A stretch of DNA of 61,431 nucleotides, counting the filler, from Diploschistes diacapsis (Eukaryota), in the NCBI GenBank assembly GCA_023645945.1. It is 5 parts of 5 records of this genome, joined end to end, with 100 filler letters (N's around TTAATTAATTAA, not from the genome) between each part and the next. Parts side by side here need not be neighbours in the genome. Positions count along the whole stretch, not along the records: positions 1 to 30,525 come from JALAIB010000126.1; 4 more parts are not named here. One strand, 5' to 3'. Positions 13,893-24,600 of the stretch are shown here, one piece after another. The translations under genes were made by a program, and so were the position numbers. How positions within the stretch are numbered: position 1 is the stretch's first letter; the number at the start of each line of letters is the position of its first letter. The notes under the pieces were generated by a model that searched no databases, was not told the DNA's origin, and was given only the letters and a program-made list of their open reading frames with translations.

Positions 13893-14916
13893 TTATTTGC
13901 CAGGTACTCTGCCAACAACGACGCGAATGACATGGGAAACATACGAGCCCAGCTGGATCTCTGCATGAGCGCCAATCGCGAGCTGCTTCACCTGGTTCGC
14001 CCTCTCAGGAGGCCCGTACTGCTCCAACATCGTTGCATGCTCGTCCGCTATCAGACACCAGAGGTCCGTGATCATATGTCTTTGATGCTGATGTTCAGAG
14101 TATGTCTCATCTGTAACGATATTGAAACCGTTTCGACTGAAACTCTCTGGGAGCTTGGCTATCCACCTATGGTCCATCAGTGTTATCATCATTGTAAATC
14201 TAGGAGCTAGGAGCCAGGAACTGTCGCAAGCCTACTGTGTCTGCTTTGTGTGTGCCCAGATATCCCTCAAAGCCTGCAAGCATGGAATTGGCGCTGAACC
14301 CAGATATGGCCGAAGACGAAATGCCAATGGATCCATCTCATCCCACTGTAGAAATCCACCGGGCTCTAGTAAAGCCTCACGTTAGAGAAGCATGGGCCAC
14401 AGGAGTTGTTTGGACACATACTTAGAAGCTTGGTGCAATGATCCAGCCAGGGCATAGGGTCATTGTTTTCCACCACGGCCATCAACAGTCGGATGTGGAC
14501 TACATCGTATTTCCCATACAAAGATTCGGGAGGGTCTAGTGTGGCGTCAAGTTTGCTTAACGTGACGTTCTTGGGCAGAAATGTAGGATGAGGGAATTGA
14601 GCATCGGATATGTCGAAGCCATCGAATTGAACAGATGATGGCGCTTGCCGAGCTACTTCACAAGGCCAGATCCCAGTACCGGTAGCAATATCGGCAACCT
14701 TGTTTCCTTCTTTCAACTGGATCTGAGGGTGCATATTAAAGCCAATGGCTTCTCTCCAGAGGTGGAACTGGAAGTTCAGTCTGATTGTTAATTACAATGG
14801 GGCTTCACACTGGGAAGGATGGCGCATTACCTCACCGAAGCCAAATAGCCTCTAGCAAGAACATATTCGTTCTTTTGCGGCATAGGGCTTTGTGTCCGTC
14901 TCGGCTGAACGCTCAT
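13893..14916 (-). CDS. Class I SAM-dependent methyltransferase (fungal secondary-metabolism type)
   Basis: Spliced product contains YVLARGY..RLNFQFHLW, motif I VADIATGTGIW, GFDISDAQFP, YDVVHIRLL and LLKPGGFLQWDE; three GT-AG introns. Confidence 0.88.
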
Positions 14917-15854
14917 TTTCTGGGTTACCACTGCTCAGCCTGGTTTGAAAGAAGCTGATCGCAGTACAAAGGATCAGGGCGGCCGACGAGAATGCAATCT
15001 ATTCAGAGATTGATAATCGAATTTGGGGTCTATCGCAGCCTTGGACAAGAGGTCAGCGAGAGTGGTACCAGGCGTGCAGCGACTTACCCACCAATCGGCC
15101 TCGATCACCGCCACTTAATTGCTTGGTGGTGCAACGCGGCTTGTTGTCCGATTCGATTCAGCTAGCCCAGGGGCCATATTGGTAAAAATACTCCTTTGTT
15201 CTGTTAATCCCCGCTAATGTCTTGATTAAGTTAGGTGTTGCCTCTGCTCGCCAGTATCAGTATCAGCACTACTAACTTGATACGGTTTGAAAATCCTGAC
15301 ACCTTACCTTGCAGAGTGCTTCCTTTTGCTATCTCGTTGTCTTCTGCTGGTCCATGAGCGCTGATCCTATTCCAACAGTCAACGGCTCAGAAGGATCCTG
15401 GTATAGCGTGCTTAGAAGGGGAGACATAGACGGGCGTAACAAACGTAAGTTTCAGACCTAAGGATTTCTTAACGTCTTCTTCTTTGAGGTGCAGTAGTGC
15501 TAGCACTGATTTTGCCCCTGAGTGTTTTGGACTCAAACATTTCACGGTAACATTGGACATCGATGCTGTTGTGTTTTGCCATAGCCATGACTTCGACCTA
15601 GTGATACATAGAGGTCTGGCAAATGGGTCACAATCTGTCAGCATGCTGTTGGAGAATCGTCCGGAAGAGTGCTATACATCCTTTAACGCTGACAATGTCA
15701 TGAACCGAACGACTCAATCAGAAGGTGCCCTTGGATAAAGAATGCTCTCGGGTGGAACGTGCCGTGCTTTTCTAGTGTTCTTTATTTCTATATCATCCGT
15801 CTAATAGAATATATTTCTGGCTCTCTGAATACACCTCTACTGTTTTTCTACAGT

Positions 15855-17114
15855 ATGACCTCGCTCCCTAGACTGGCTGGTACAAAGCCTGTGCAGCCTC
15901 TCGTGCTGCTCTATCCGGCCAAACTCTGGTTTGGAAGCCAAAGGCGTACCTTTACCAGGTTAACCGCGCTACACTTACATTCTCGCTCACCCCTGATACA
16001 TTCCTCGACTCGCCGTCTAGCAACTACGTTAAAATCGATCTCGGCCCCTCTTATTGATCCCCAGTCTCGCCAGATTTCTAAGCCCAGCACCGAGGTCCCC
16101 AGTGTTGAGCCAGCTGCATCCAACTCTCAGCGGGGTGTTCTTTCAATTCTACCGCGATCATGGGTACCCTATGCTGAACTCATGCGAATTGAAAAGCCAG
16201 GTGGACTCTGGGGCTTCTATTTTCCATATCTTATTGGATTAGGATATGCAGCCTGCATCCATCCCGCCTTAGAGCCAACAACCATTCTCACCACTGGTGG
16301 CTTATTATTGGCTTGGAATGTTATCCTCCGGGGAGCTGCTTGTACTATCAATGACAATTTCGACCGCGACTATGACCGGCAAGTCGCACGGTGCCGCAAT
16401 CGGCCAATCGCTCGAGGCGCAGTGAAGCCTCTACAGGGCCATGTGTTTTACGCAGGTCAGACGATGATCGCGGCCGGTACTGTTGCTTTATTACCGCATG
16501 CGGCTGACTGCTTCCACCATGCACCCGCAATTCTGTTTCTGCTGAGCATTTACCCGCTGGCGAAGCGTGTTACGGATTTCCCACAGCTTGTCCTCTGTAT
16601 CCCGTTGGCATGGGGCATCCTCATGTCCTGCTCAGCGCTGGGAGTGGATCCATTCACTGTTCAGCAGGGAACAATGGCCGCGGCAACTTGGTCACTTGTG
16701 GCATCAAATGCGCTTTGGTTAATGATGCTTGACTATGTCAATGCATGTCAGGACACGATCGATGACCTCAAGGCAGGTGTCCGGTCGATGGCTGTACGCT
16801 ATCAAAATACAGCAAAGTTCATCACGGTACTTGGCATCGCTCAGACCTCACTCATGCTTACTGCTGGTTATCTGGCTGGACTGGGACCAATCTATTTTAT
16901 TATTTCTTGTGGAGGCAATGCTTCTTTCATAGCTTGGATGGCGCAGACCGTGGATCGGACCCGACCGGAGACATGCGCCTGGTGGTTCAAGAATGGCAGC
17001 CTTATCGTCGGTGGTGTTAGTGTGGCAGGACTGTTCGGTGAATATACTTGGAATCGCTTTGAGGAATCGAGCCTAGCCCGCAAGGAAGACCACTTGGCAG
17101 ACGTTACAATTTAG
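15855..17114 (+). CDS. UbiA-family aromatic prenyltransferase (COQ2-like, secondary-metabolite type)
   Basis: Intronless 419-aa ORF from ATG 15855. Contains PYAELMRIEKP, Asp-rich motif NDNFDRDYDRQVARCRNRPIARG, YPLAKRVTDFPQ, second motif DYVNACQDTIDDLKAGVRS and many TM helices. The N-terminus is basic and Ser/Thr-rich, like a presequence. Confidence 0.92.
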   Translation: MTSLPRLAGTKPVQPLVLLYPAKLWFGSQRRTFTRLTALHLHSRSPLIHSSTRRLATTLKSISAPLIDPQSRQISKPSTEVPSVEPAASNSQRGVLSILPRSWVPYAELMRIEKPGGLWGFYFPYLIGLGYAACIHPALEPTTILTTGGLLLAWNVILRGAACTINDNFDRDYDRQVARCRNRPIARGAVKPLQGHVFYAGQTMIAAGTVALLPHAADCFHHAPAILFLLSIYPLAKRVTDFPQLVLCIPLAWGILMSCSALGVDPFTVQQGTMAAATWSLVASNALWLMMLDYVNACQDTIDDLKAGVRSMAVRYQNTAKFITVLGIAQTSLMLTAGYLAGLGPIYFIISCGGNASFIAWMAQTVDRTRPETCAWWFKNGSLIVGGVSVAGLFGEYTWNRFEESSLARKEDHLADVTI

Positions 17115-17520
17115 GGAAGGCGTAGGATCGGAGACGCCCCAAACACACTAGAAAAGCAAAAGAAGCAAGGAGATAGCGCCATCATAGTGCGTTTTTTATA
17201 AAGTTGAATATGCATTTTGTCCCCCAAGTTGTAGGCTAATTCTTGCAAAACATCCAGCTCCAACATCGGAGTAAGCAACCACATGATTTCAAGGATATTC
17301 GGTAAATGATCAGAAATAGATAGATGCAATGCAACGATGATAGTTGCATTTCGAACTCATTAGAGTAGCAACAAGGGTGAGGCTTTTCACAGCGCTAGGA
17401 ATAATCCCTGCGATTGGTCCAAACTTCACAATGTCACGTTGGCTGCATCTACATTGCCATATGTATTTTTAATGCAACCATGTCTCTGTACGACAAGGCC
17501 TCAGCTACCTGCAGTGCTAC

Positions 17521-17931
17521 TGTGGTTTCGCTATATATATCAGTTTAGTTCAATACTGGCAGAATCCAGTATTGTTGGCCTTCTGGCTATGTGGCCTAGC
17601 GGTACTAAACTGGCGCTTTGTAATATCACATTATACTGGATTCTAATTGGGAATAGGCAGAGGTCTGGTTCGATGCTCGGTAAGCCCTTACACCCATCAA
17701 GGTATACTATTAGTGTAGTCCTCGTTGGACCTAATAGGGTAACCCTTGGGATCTATATATATAGTTCATCTTGCCTGCCAGCTGTAAATGTTTCGGGACG
17801 AAACGTTTAAGTGGGGGAGGATGTGGTTTCGCTATATATATCAGTTTAGTTCAACACTGGCAGAATCCAGTATTGTTGGTCTTTTGGTTATGTGGCCTAG
17901 CGGTACTAAACTGGCGCTTTGTAATATCACA
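17521..17931 (+). mobile_element. Miniature non-autonomous LTR retroelement (TRIM-like), 411 bp
   Basis: 110-bp direct repeats at 17521-17630 and 17822-17931, each TGTG...CACA, 106/110 identical. 4-bp flanking duplication CTAC (17517-17520 and 17932-17935). Polypurine tract AAGTGGGGGAGGA directly before the 3' LTR. No RT or integrase coding capacity in the 191-bp interior. Confidence 0.88.
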
Positions 17932-18319
17932 CTACTGCCAGTTAAGCTGACCTCCGTGCCATGTTGTGTTGGTATTTTTCTATGTGGAACAACCGATTTC
18001 GTCTGGTAACAGCACGTCTAAGTTGCGACTCGGTGTCTCATCCAGAGGCTTTAGCGTCAACTAACTGGTCTGCATACAAGTTTATTATTTATTTTCTTTT
18101 TTAGTGGCTGTGTTGTAGGCGCCATGCCAGCTGTCGAACAAAGTTTGGGTATCAAAAGGACGGTAGACCCGTTTTAGAAGACGACTTCGAATTATGCATT
18201 GAAATTGGCTATACCTAGTACCTCTCGGAATTTCATCCTCAAATATCTATTCTGCTCATCATTCTTTTGCAAAGCCCTATTTCTAGTGCAAATTCGGCTG
18301 CATTTCAGCGTTTGTAGAT

Positions 18320-19507
18320 ATGAGCTCGATACCTAACGAGCGCGGCTGGCAAGAAATTAGGGTCGATATTGCCCTGACTTGTCTTGCTGTACTTGCGGTG
18401 GCATTGCGGTTCTTCACCAGACTCAAGAAAGGAACGAAGATCGGGACAGACGACTGGCTTGCGCTGAGTGGATTGGTGTTTCTTTTGGCATTGTTTATAG
18501 AGCTTCTGTTGTGTGAGTAACCTCCTTTGGAGTACTCAGGAGTTTCTGTGATTAATGGTAATTGCAGGGCCCACTATTGCAGGCCAGGGAAAGCATTTTG
18601 AAGAACTTAGCCCTCCGCAAATTGAAGCCTTCTTTAAAGTAAGAAAGCCGAATAGCTTCGGAGGCCTTATGGCTGAGATTTGCAGATCTTTCTCGCGAAC
18701 GAATTAACCTACTCAATTACCAGTCCGCTGATCAAGATCTCCATTATTACATTATATAGTCGCATTTTTACGACACCGCAATTTGTGTTTGTGGCCAAAG
18801 CTCTTATAGCTCTTGTTATAGCCTGGGGAGCTGCCACTTTTCTAGCAGCGGCTCTCCAGTGCCGACCTCTCGCTGCAGTATGGGATCCCACAATCCACGG
18901 GGAGTGCTTCAATACAGAGCAGTACATCCTAGGGATCCAAGGAGTCAACATTGCTCTTGATTTTGCCATCCTGTTGCTGCCGATTCGTCCAGTATGGGGT
19001 CTTCACCGGCCATGGCAGGACAAGATGGCCCTTTCCGCAGTATTTCTTGTTGGAACTTTGTTAGTGGTCTCATGACACCTTTCCGTTAATCGCTAATTTT
19101 AAGCAGCGTTTGTTGTGCTAGCATTTATCGCCTCGTGACTCTGTTAAAGATTAGTCCGCTCGATGTGTCCTGTAAGTGACCGTTACCGGATAATATAGAT
19201 ACTCAAAAGGCAGATGGCACTGATTGCGCATGCAGACACTACCTATGAAGGAGCGATCTGGACGTATGTCGAGCCATGTATAGGACTCGTTTGCGCCTGC
19301 CTCCCGATAATTCGGGGCCTCTTTCCCGTGTACAGTGTCAAGAAGCGCAGCACTTATGGTAAAAGGTGTCAATCCCCAGCCGTGATATTTCGCAACCCTA
19401 ATGGGAGTATGGGACACAGTACCGAGGTCAATGCACCCTACTTTGCGATGGAGAGCTCAAGAAATCGTTCGCTACTGGCAGAAGAAGAACGCAAGAACAA
19501 GAGCTAG
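18320..19507 (+). CDS. PTH11-like (fungal rhodopsin-domain) multi-pass membrane protein without CFEM
   Basis: Motifs LAVALRFFTR...GTDDWL, IKISIITLYSRIF, QCRPLAAVWD...GEC, NIALDFAILLLP, CASIYRL and WTYVEPCIGLVCACLP; four GT-AG introns. Confidence 0.85.
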
Positions 19508-19850
19508 AGTTCGGTAGAGACTACGAAAGCCTCGAAGAAGATTTCAAGTTCAGAATTCACCATGATTGGCTTGCATAGCGTGTTCAAATTATGTAGATAG
19601 CTAAAGATTTGTACAAAAATATATCTACTGCCAAGCCTTCGGGCTTTTTGGGTTATCTCCGTAGCGCAGCCGCAATCGAGCAAGTACAGTCACGTGCCTA
19701 CAGGTAAATTAAATCACTACTAACCCAATCTTGAAACAGGTTTCTTTCTACGCAAGTGCACAGATATCAAGAAGCAGTCTCGCAAGTTTTGTAATGATGG
19801 TGGCTATAGAATACAATATCTGGCATTCTCAAGTTTATCTCTTATAAGGA

Positions 19851-20658
19851 TCACTGCACTGCGATGTTTTGCACAATTTTCAGTACCGTCTCAGGCTGGC
19901 TGAGGAACGGTGAATGGCCGGAAGAACAAATCTCCGTTCGAAAACCATTCCCAAATGTCTCAACCATCATCTTCTGGGCTTGATAGGGCAACGCTTGATC
20001 GTTCTCGCAGTATAAATAGGTCGCAGGACAGTGCTGATAAGCTGCATTGGTGATTGGAGTCAATTGAGCCTTTGCGAGCTGTGGTTGAAGTATCTCGATC
20101 CACTGTTCCTTCTCAGTATCGGGAATATCGTTGTAGAAACGAGTCTCCGGGTTATCCATCAAACAGGAACCATCCGCCTAATAATTGTCAGCACTCATAG
20201 CTTTCCGAAACTTATGCACGTCTGGGACTCAGGGTATGCACTTGAACTGAAATATAGGGCGGAAGCTGCCCTCCGAGCGCACTACCCAAGGAAGCGCCCA
20301 CCGGAACGATAAAAGCAGCGAGGTAGACTAGGTGGATAACGCCGCCCGAGAGCCCCTTGGACTGGCGGGCTTGCTTAGTGATGTCCTTCGTGATGGCTTG
20401 GGTTCCGACAATTCCTCCGTAGGAATGCATGACGACTATCACGTCTCGAGCTTTCTCCACTAACGCTGCGGTGGCATCGTAAATGGTTTTAACATCGTCA
20501 GCAAGAGGGTCCGTCAGAGTCAGATTCCCAGTAGACGGCTGCGCAGGGCATTCGGTCTCATAGCCAGCGGCTTGAAACACCTTAATGACAGGGCCGAAAT
20601 GCTTTGGACTATGCCAAGAGCCATGAACGAAGAGAACTGTGGGCTTAGGAGCAGACAT
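19851..20658 (-). CDS. Alpha/beta hydrolase (Abhydrolase_6/methylesterase-like)
   Basis: VLFVHGSWH oxyanion motif, nucleophile elbow MHSYGG, YLAAF, acid in YCENDQALP and catalytic His in SGHSPFLS; one intron at about 20178-20240. Confidence 0.9.
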
Positions 20659-21387
20659 GGCGAAAATGAAGAATCGTTCGAGTTTGCTTGTGGGTGTGCC
20701 TCTCAAACAATGGATCCGAAGGAGCCTTAAGTAAAGCTAATGAGCTATTTCTGATTTAACAGCAGGCCAAACTTATGCAAAAACACTCAACGCGGTCTGA
20801 CTATTAGCGCCCCTTATCATCGTCTCAGGAGCCAGGTAAACAGACAAGCATGCGCTAACAGCAAGGCTGCGCTAGGGAGATCATGGGTGTAGAGCTGAAA
20901 GCTCGGCCTTTCGAGCCAGCGTCGATTCATGCAAGGCAACAACAATGCCTGCTCCATTCCGACGTGGCTCTGAACCCAGTTGCTGCAGCAGTGCGTTGCA
21001 ATCAATAAATCACGGCACGGATTCGCTGCATCGCTGACCCCCGATCATACCTAGTAACCGTATGCAGCACCAAGCACCAGCGAGAAGACGCCTTTCACGA
21101 ACTTCGGATAAAATCATATGACATGGCGCTTCGCAATCGCCCCCTGTATTTTATTTATGTTGATGTGGTAGGACAAAGCTCACTCACTGGCACGTTACTT
21201 GCAATTTGGAAATGTCACTTAGTTGCTATCGTCATGGTGTGTTCCCCCTTTCATTTCAGTCAAGCGAATGAATAAGTTGAATATATTGCTTGACACAAAC
21301 TTCCTTCTTCATGCCACAAGGCCAACGCTGAAGTCCTCGACATTCGTCACTTATTCAACTCTCAATTTCAAAGGTTTCTGAAAGACG

Positions 21388-23151
21388 ATGGGGAAGAAGG
21401 GGCTACCCACGACTATCCAGGAGTGGAATGATAGTACCACATGCCCGGAACGCGAAGAGTTGACTCAATCTATGGCCGCCAATGTTCCTAGTCATGGCTA
21501 CCCCAATGGCTTTAAACTGGCTATTATTGTCGTGGGCCTTTGCCTCTCTGTATTCTGTATGGCGCTTGATAACACCATTATCGCCACAGCTATCCCTCGC
21601 ATCACCGACGAGTTCAATTCACTTCAGGATATCGGTTGGTATGGGTCTGCATACCTCTTAACAACATGCGCCTTCCAGCTGTTTTACGGAAAGCTCTATT
21701 CTCTATTCAATATCAAGATCGTCTATCTTGCGGCTCTTTTCTTCTTCGAAGCAGGTTCTTTAATATGCGCCCTAGCACCAAATTCAACCGCCCTCATAGT
21801 CGGCAGAGCCATCGCTGGCTTTGGCGCGGCTGGTGTGTTTACAGGTGTGCTGCTCATCATCGCGCATATCTGTCCGGTTCATAAGCGACCAGTATACACG
21901 GGTATAGCTGGAGCTATGTACGGTCCTGCTTCGGTCGTTGGACCTTTGATTGGGGGTGCTTTTACGGACAATGTTACCTGGAGATGGTGAGCAACCCGCA
22001 TAATAGCCAAGTGAATATGTTTATCTAACTTGGCAAGGTGTTTCTATATAAACCTACCGCTTGGTGCTGTCACTGCGCTTGTTATCTTGATCTTTCTGAG
22101 ATTACAATCCAATAGTCAGCAGGAAAGAAGCTCGAGTTTATTTCAAACAATCTGGCAACTGGATCCATTAGGTACTTTCACGTTTGTTCCTGGCATCATC
22201 TGTCTTTTGATGGCATTACAATGGGGAGGTACCACATACGCCTGGAACGATGGCAGAGTAGTTGCCCTTTTGACGGTTTTTGCCCTTCTTCTTAGCGGCT
22301 TCATTACCAGCCAGTACTGGCTGGGGGATATAGCAACCGTTCCTCCAAGGATAGTATCACAGAGAACGATTGCATTTAGCTCTCTCTTCGGCATTCTACT
22401 CGGGGCAGCCTTCTTCTTGCTTACATATTTCTTGCCGGTGTGGTTCCAGGCAATCAAGGGAACCGACGCGTTACATTCTGGTATAGATAGTATTCCTTTG
22501 ATCCTTACTATGACGATCGGAGTCATTCTCTCCGGAGGACTAACGACAAAGTTTGGGTATTATATGCCTTTCGTGCTAGCGAGTCCAGTCTTGACCTCGA
22601 TCGGAACCGGACTCATTACCACCTTTGTATCAGATACTGCTACGGGTAACTGGATCGGATACCAGATCCTATTCGGCCTTGGCTGTGGTCTTGCTTTTCA
22701 AGTACCACAGATCGCAGCACAGACCGTGCTGCCCTTGCAAGACGTTGCACAGGGTGTTTCGATTACATTCTTTGCCGAGACACTTGGTGGAGCTCTTTCT
22801 GTGAGCATAGGCAATAACGTTCTTAACAATAAGCTTGTTCAATACATCGGAGCTCTGAACATCCCGAATATCGACCCACAAGTGATCGTACGACTTGGGG
22901 CTACGGAGCTCCGAAACTATGTTCCGTCACAGTATGTGGCCCAAACGATTATCGCATATAACGAAGCCCTGGTTAACACATTCCGCATTGCCCTCGTTGT
23001 GGCATGCCTTAGCGCTTTGGGCGCGGTCGGGATGGAATGGAAATCTGTACATAACCCAGTGGAGAAGCTGGCAGATTCCGAAGTTGCTTCAAAGGACGAG
23101 GTGGGAAACCAAGATCGAGAAGCCCCTGCATCTCATGCTATGTTAGGTTAG
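21388..23151 (+). CDS. MFS drug/toxin:H+ antiporter, 14-TM (DHA2) type
   Basis: Motifs [65 protein letters not shown] and PVWFQAIKG; one intron at about 21987-22038. Confidence 0.95.
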
Positions 23152-24135
23152 AGCTGTGGGAGCATTGGGACTTTTTTTTTGTTTGTCCAGGATTGTGTGC
23201 CGCTTTAGGTAGTATTTGCTTGCATCTACTTTCGGCTAATCACAGCTTTTCTGCTTCGGAGTTAGAGATGCAGACCAAAGCTGCCGGCTCTGGCTTCTAT
23301 CCAGAACCTCGTAGTTCTCATCGTTGTGCCGGTTCGCAACACCCTACCGGACATAAATCTGTCTATCTCGAATGCCCGTGTCTGGTATTCTCATGTACCA
23401 TTCGGGAGGATCCGTCGCATTCCGATACGCTATGTCTGGTAGCTCAGTAGTCGTTGCTACCCCTTGTGAGGGTGTCAGTCGCCCCCCCACGTTTTCCCTA
23501 TGCGTAGTGGTTACTTCAACCAACGCAAAACTCATCGAGTGATAAAAACCTAACAGGATCGATGCCTCTTATGTGCATGAAAGGGGGCTCCCACCTTCGA
23601 GTCCGCCAATCCCGTAAGTACCTAAGTAACGTGCCCAACCGACTATAGTGGCATAGTCTAAACGCCTCGTTTCCTGGAGTTGCGGCGCCCCTATCTCTCT
23701 TACGCAGAGCTCTTTCCAGCTCGGGCCACCCATCCATAGCAGAAGCTTGGTGCACCTTAGGAACATGGGGATCTGTTAGCTGAACCGCCCAGGGTGACCT
23801 CGAATCATGCATGCATGCATTGATCCTGGCATAGATTGAATAGCCCGCTCATGACAGCCCAGGAAGAAGGGGCTTACAGGGGAATGGCGAAGGAGGTTAC
23901 CCCCCTCTTATATGATTGCGCTGATCAAGCCGTTGACTATTGATAACAAAATCAACACTACATAATTTCATAGTAGCTTTCACGACTTTTTGAGGATCTC
24001 AATCATCACGATAACTACTCAAAAGCAGAGGCATATATAACTATCCCTTTCAAACAGTATGCGTCTTGTCTATGTAGTGCATAGAGGCCAATCATTCGGG
24101 ACCGGCCAACTTCTATACCGTGACAGAATGATCGC

Positions 24136-24513
24136 CTAATTTGCCACATCCTTCGCAGACCAGCTATTACGGATCACCTCATCTGCGTCGGCACCACGGT
24201 TCGCAATATCCTTAGCTGACCAGCTATTGCGGATAACTTCGTCTGCATCTGCGTCTGCGTCTGCGTCTCGGTTCGCAATGTCCTTTGCCGACCAGCTATT
24301 GCGGATGAACTCATCGGCGCCATTCTCGCGATTGACAATGTCCTTGGCAGACCAACTATTTCGGATAACTTCGTCGGCATCAGCATTGCCTTTATCTTAT
24401 CAGTTTGACAATCGTATATTATGCTTTCGTATCTACTTACTATTAGGGGTGGGCAAAGCCCAAGCAACCCCAGTGAACAGCAACAAAGAGGGGAACCAGG
24501 TATTGTATCTCAT
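24136..24513 (-). CDS. Secreted repeat-peptide precursor (candidate fungal RiPP/dikaritin-like precursor), 108-110 aa
   Basis: Exon 1 (24441-24513) encodes a signal peptide MRYNTWFPSLLLFTGVAWA-LPTPN. The intron has donor GTAAGT at 24440 and an acceptor at 24396 or 24390, both in frame. Exon 2 encodes NADADEVIRNSWSAKDIVNRENGADEFIRNSWSAKDIANRDADADADADEVIRNSWSAKDIANRGADADEVIRNSWSAKDVAN*. Adjacent to two DUF3328 genes. Confidence 0.9.
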
Positions 24514-24565
24514 ATTGGCAACAACTCGCAGTATAGGGTAAAAGGAATAGAGATACGAACAGAAA

Positions 24566-24600
24566 GAAAAGAAAAGAAAAGAAAAGAAAAGAAAAGAAAA
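24566..24600. repeat. (GAAAA)7 pentanucleotide microsatellite just upstream of the precursor ATG
   Basis: Seven perfect GAAAA units, read directly. Confidence 0.9.

Noticed and set aside
23200..23812. Short minus-strand ORFs between the MFS gene and the precursor
   Set aside because: No recognisable motif or consistent splice model. Could be a decayed gene, but this cannot be supported without a search.
24148..24366. Resemblance of NSWSAK to the darobactin core WNWSKSF; also a CRISPR-like repeat/spacer appearance
   Set aside because: Eukaryotic spliced gene with no radical SAM or cas genes, different residue spacing and codon-degenerate repeats; coincidental.
24136..24513. Alpha-factor-type mating pheromone precursor (signal peptide, repeats, X-Ala dipeptides)
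   Set aside because: The repeats lack the WC..GQ.CW-like Cys pattern and KR sites typical of Pezizomycotina alpha pheromones, and the DUF3328 neighbours favour a RiPP. A signalling role is not excluded.
24174..24541. ORF-track calls 24174-24467(-) and 24227-24541(+) with repetitive sequences
   Set aside because: Shadow frames of the real spliced precursor. Only the DEVIRNSW frame has a signal peptide and concentrates its variation at synonymous sites.
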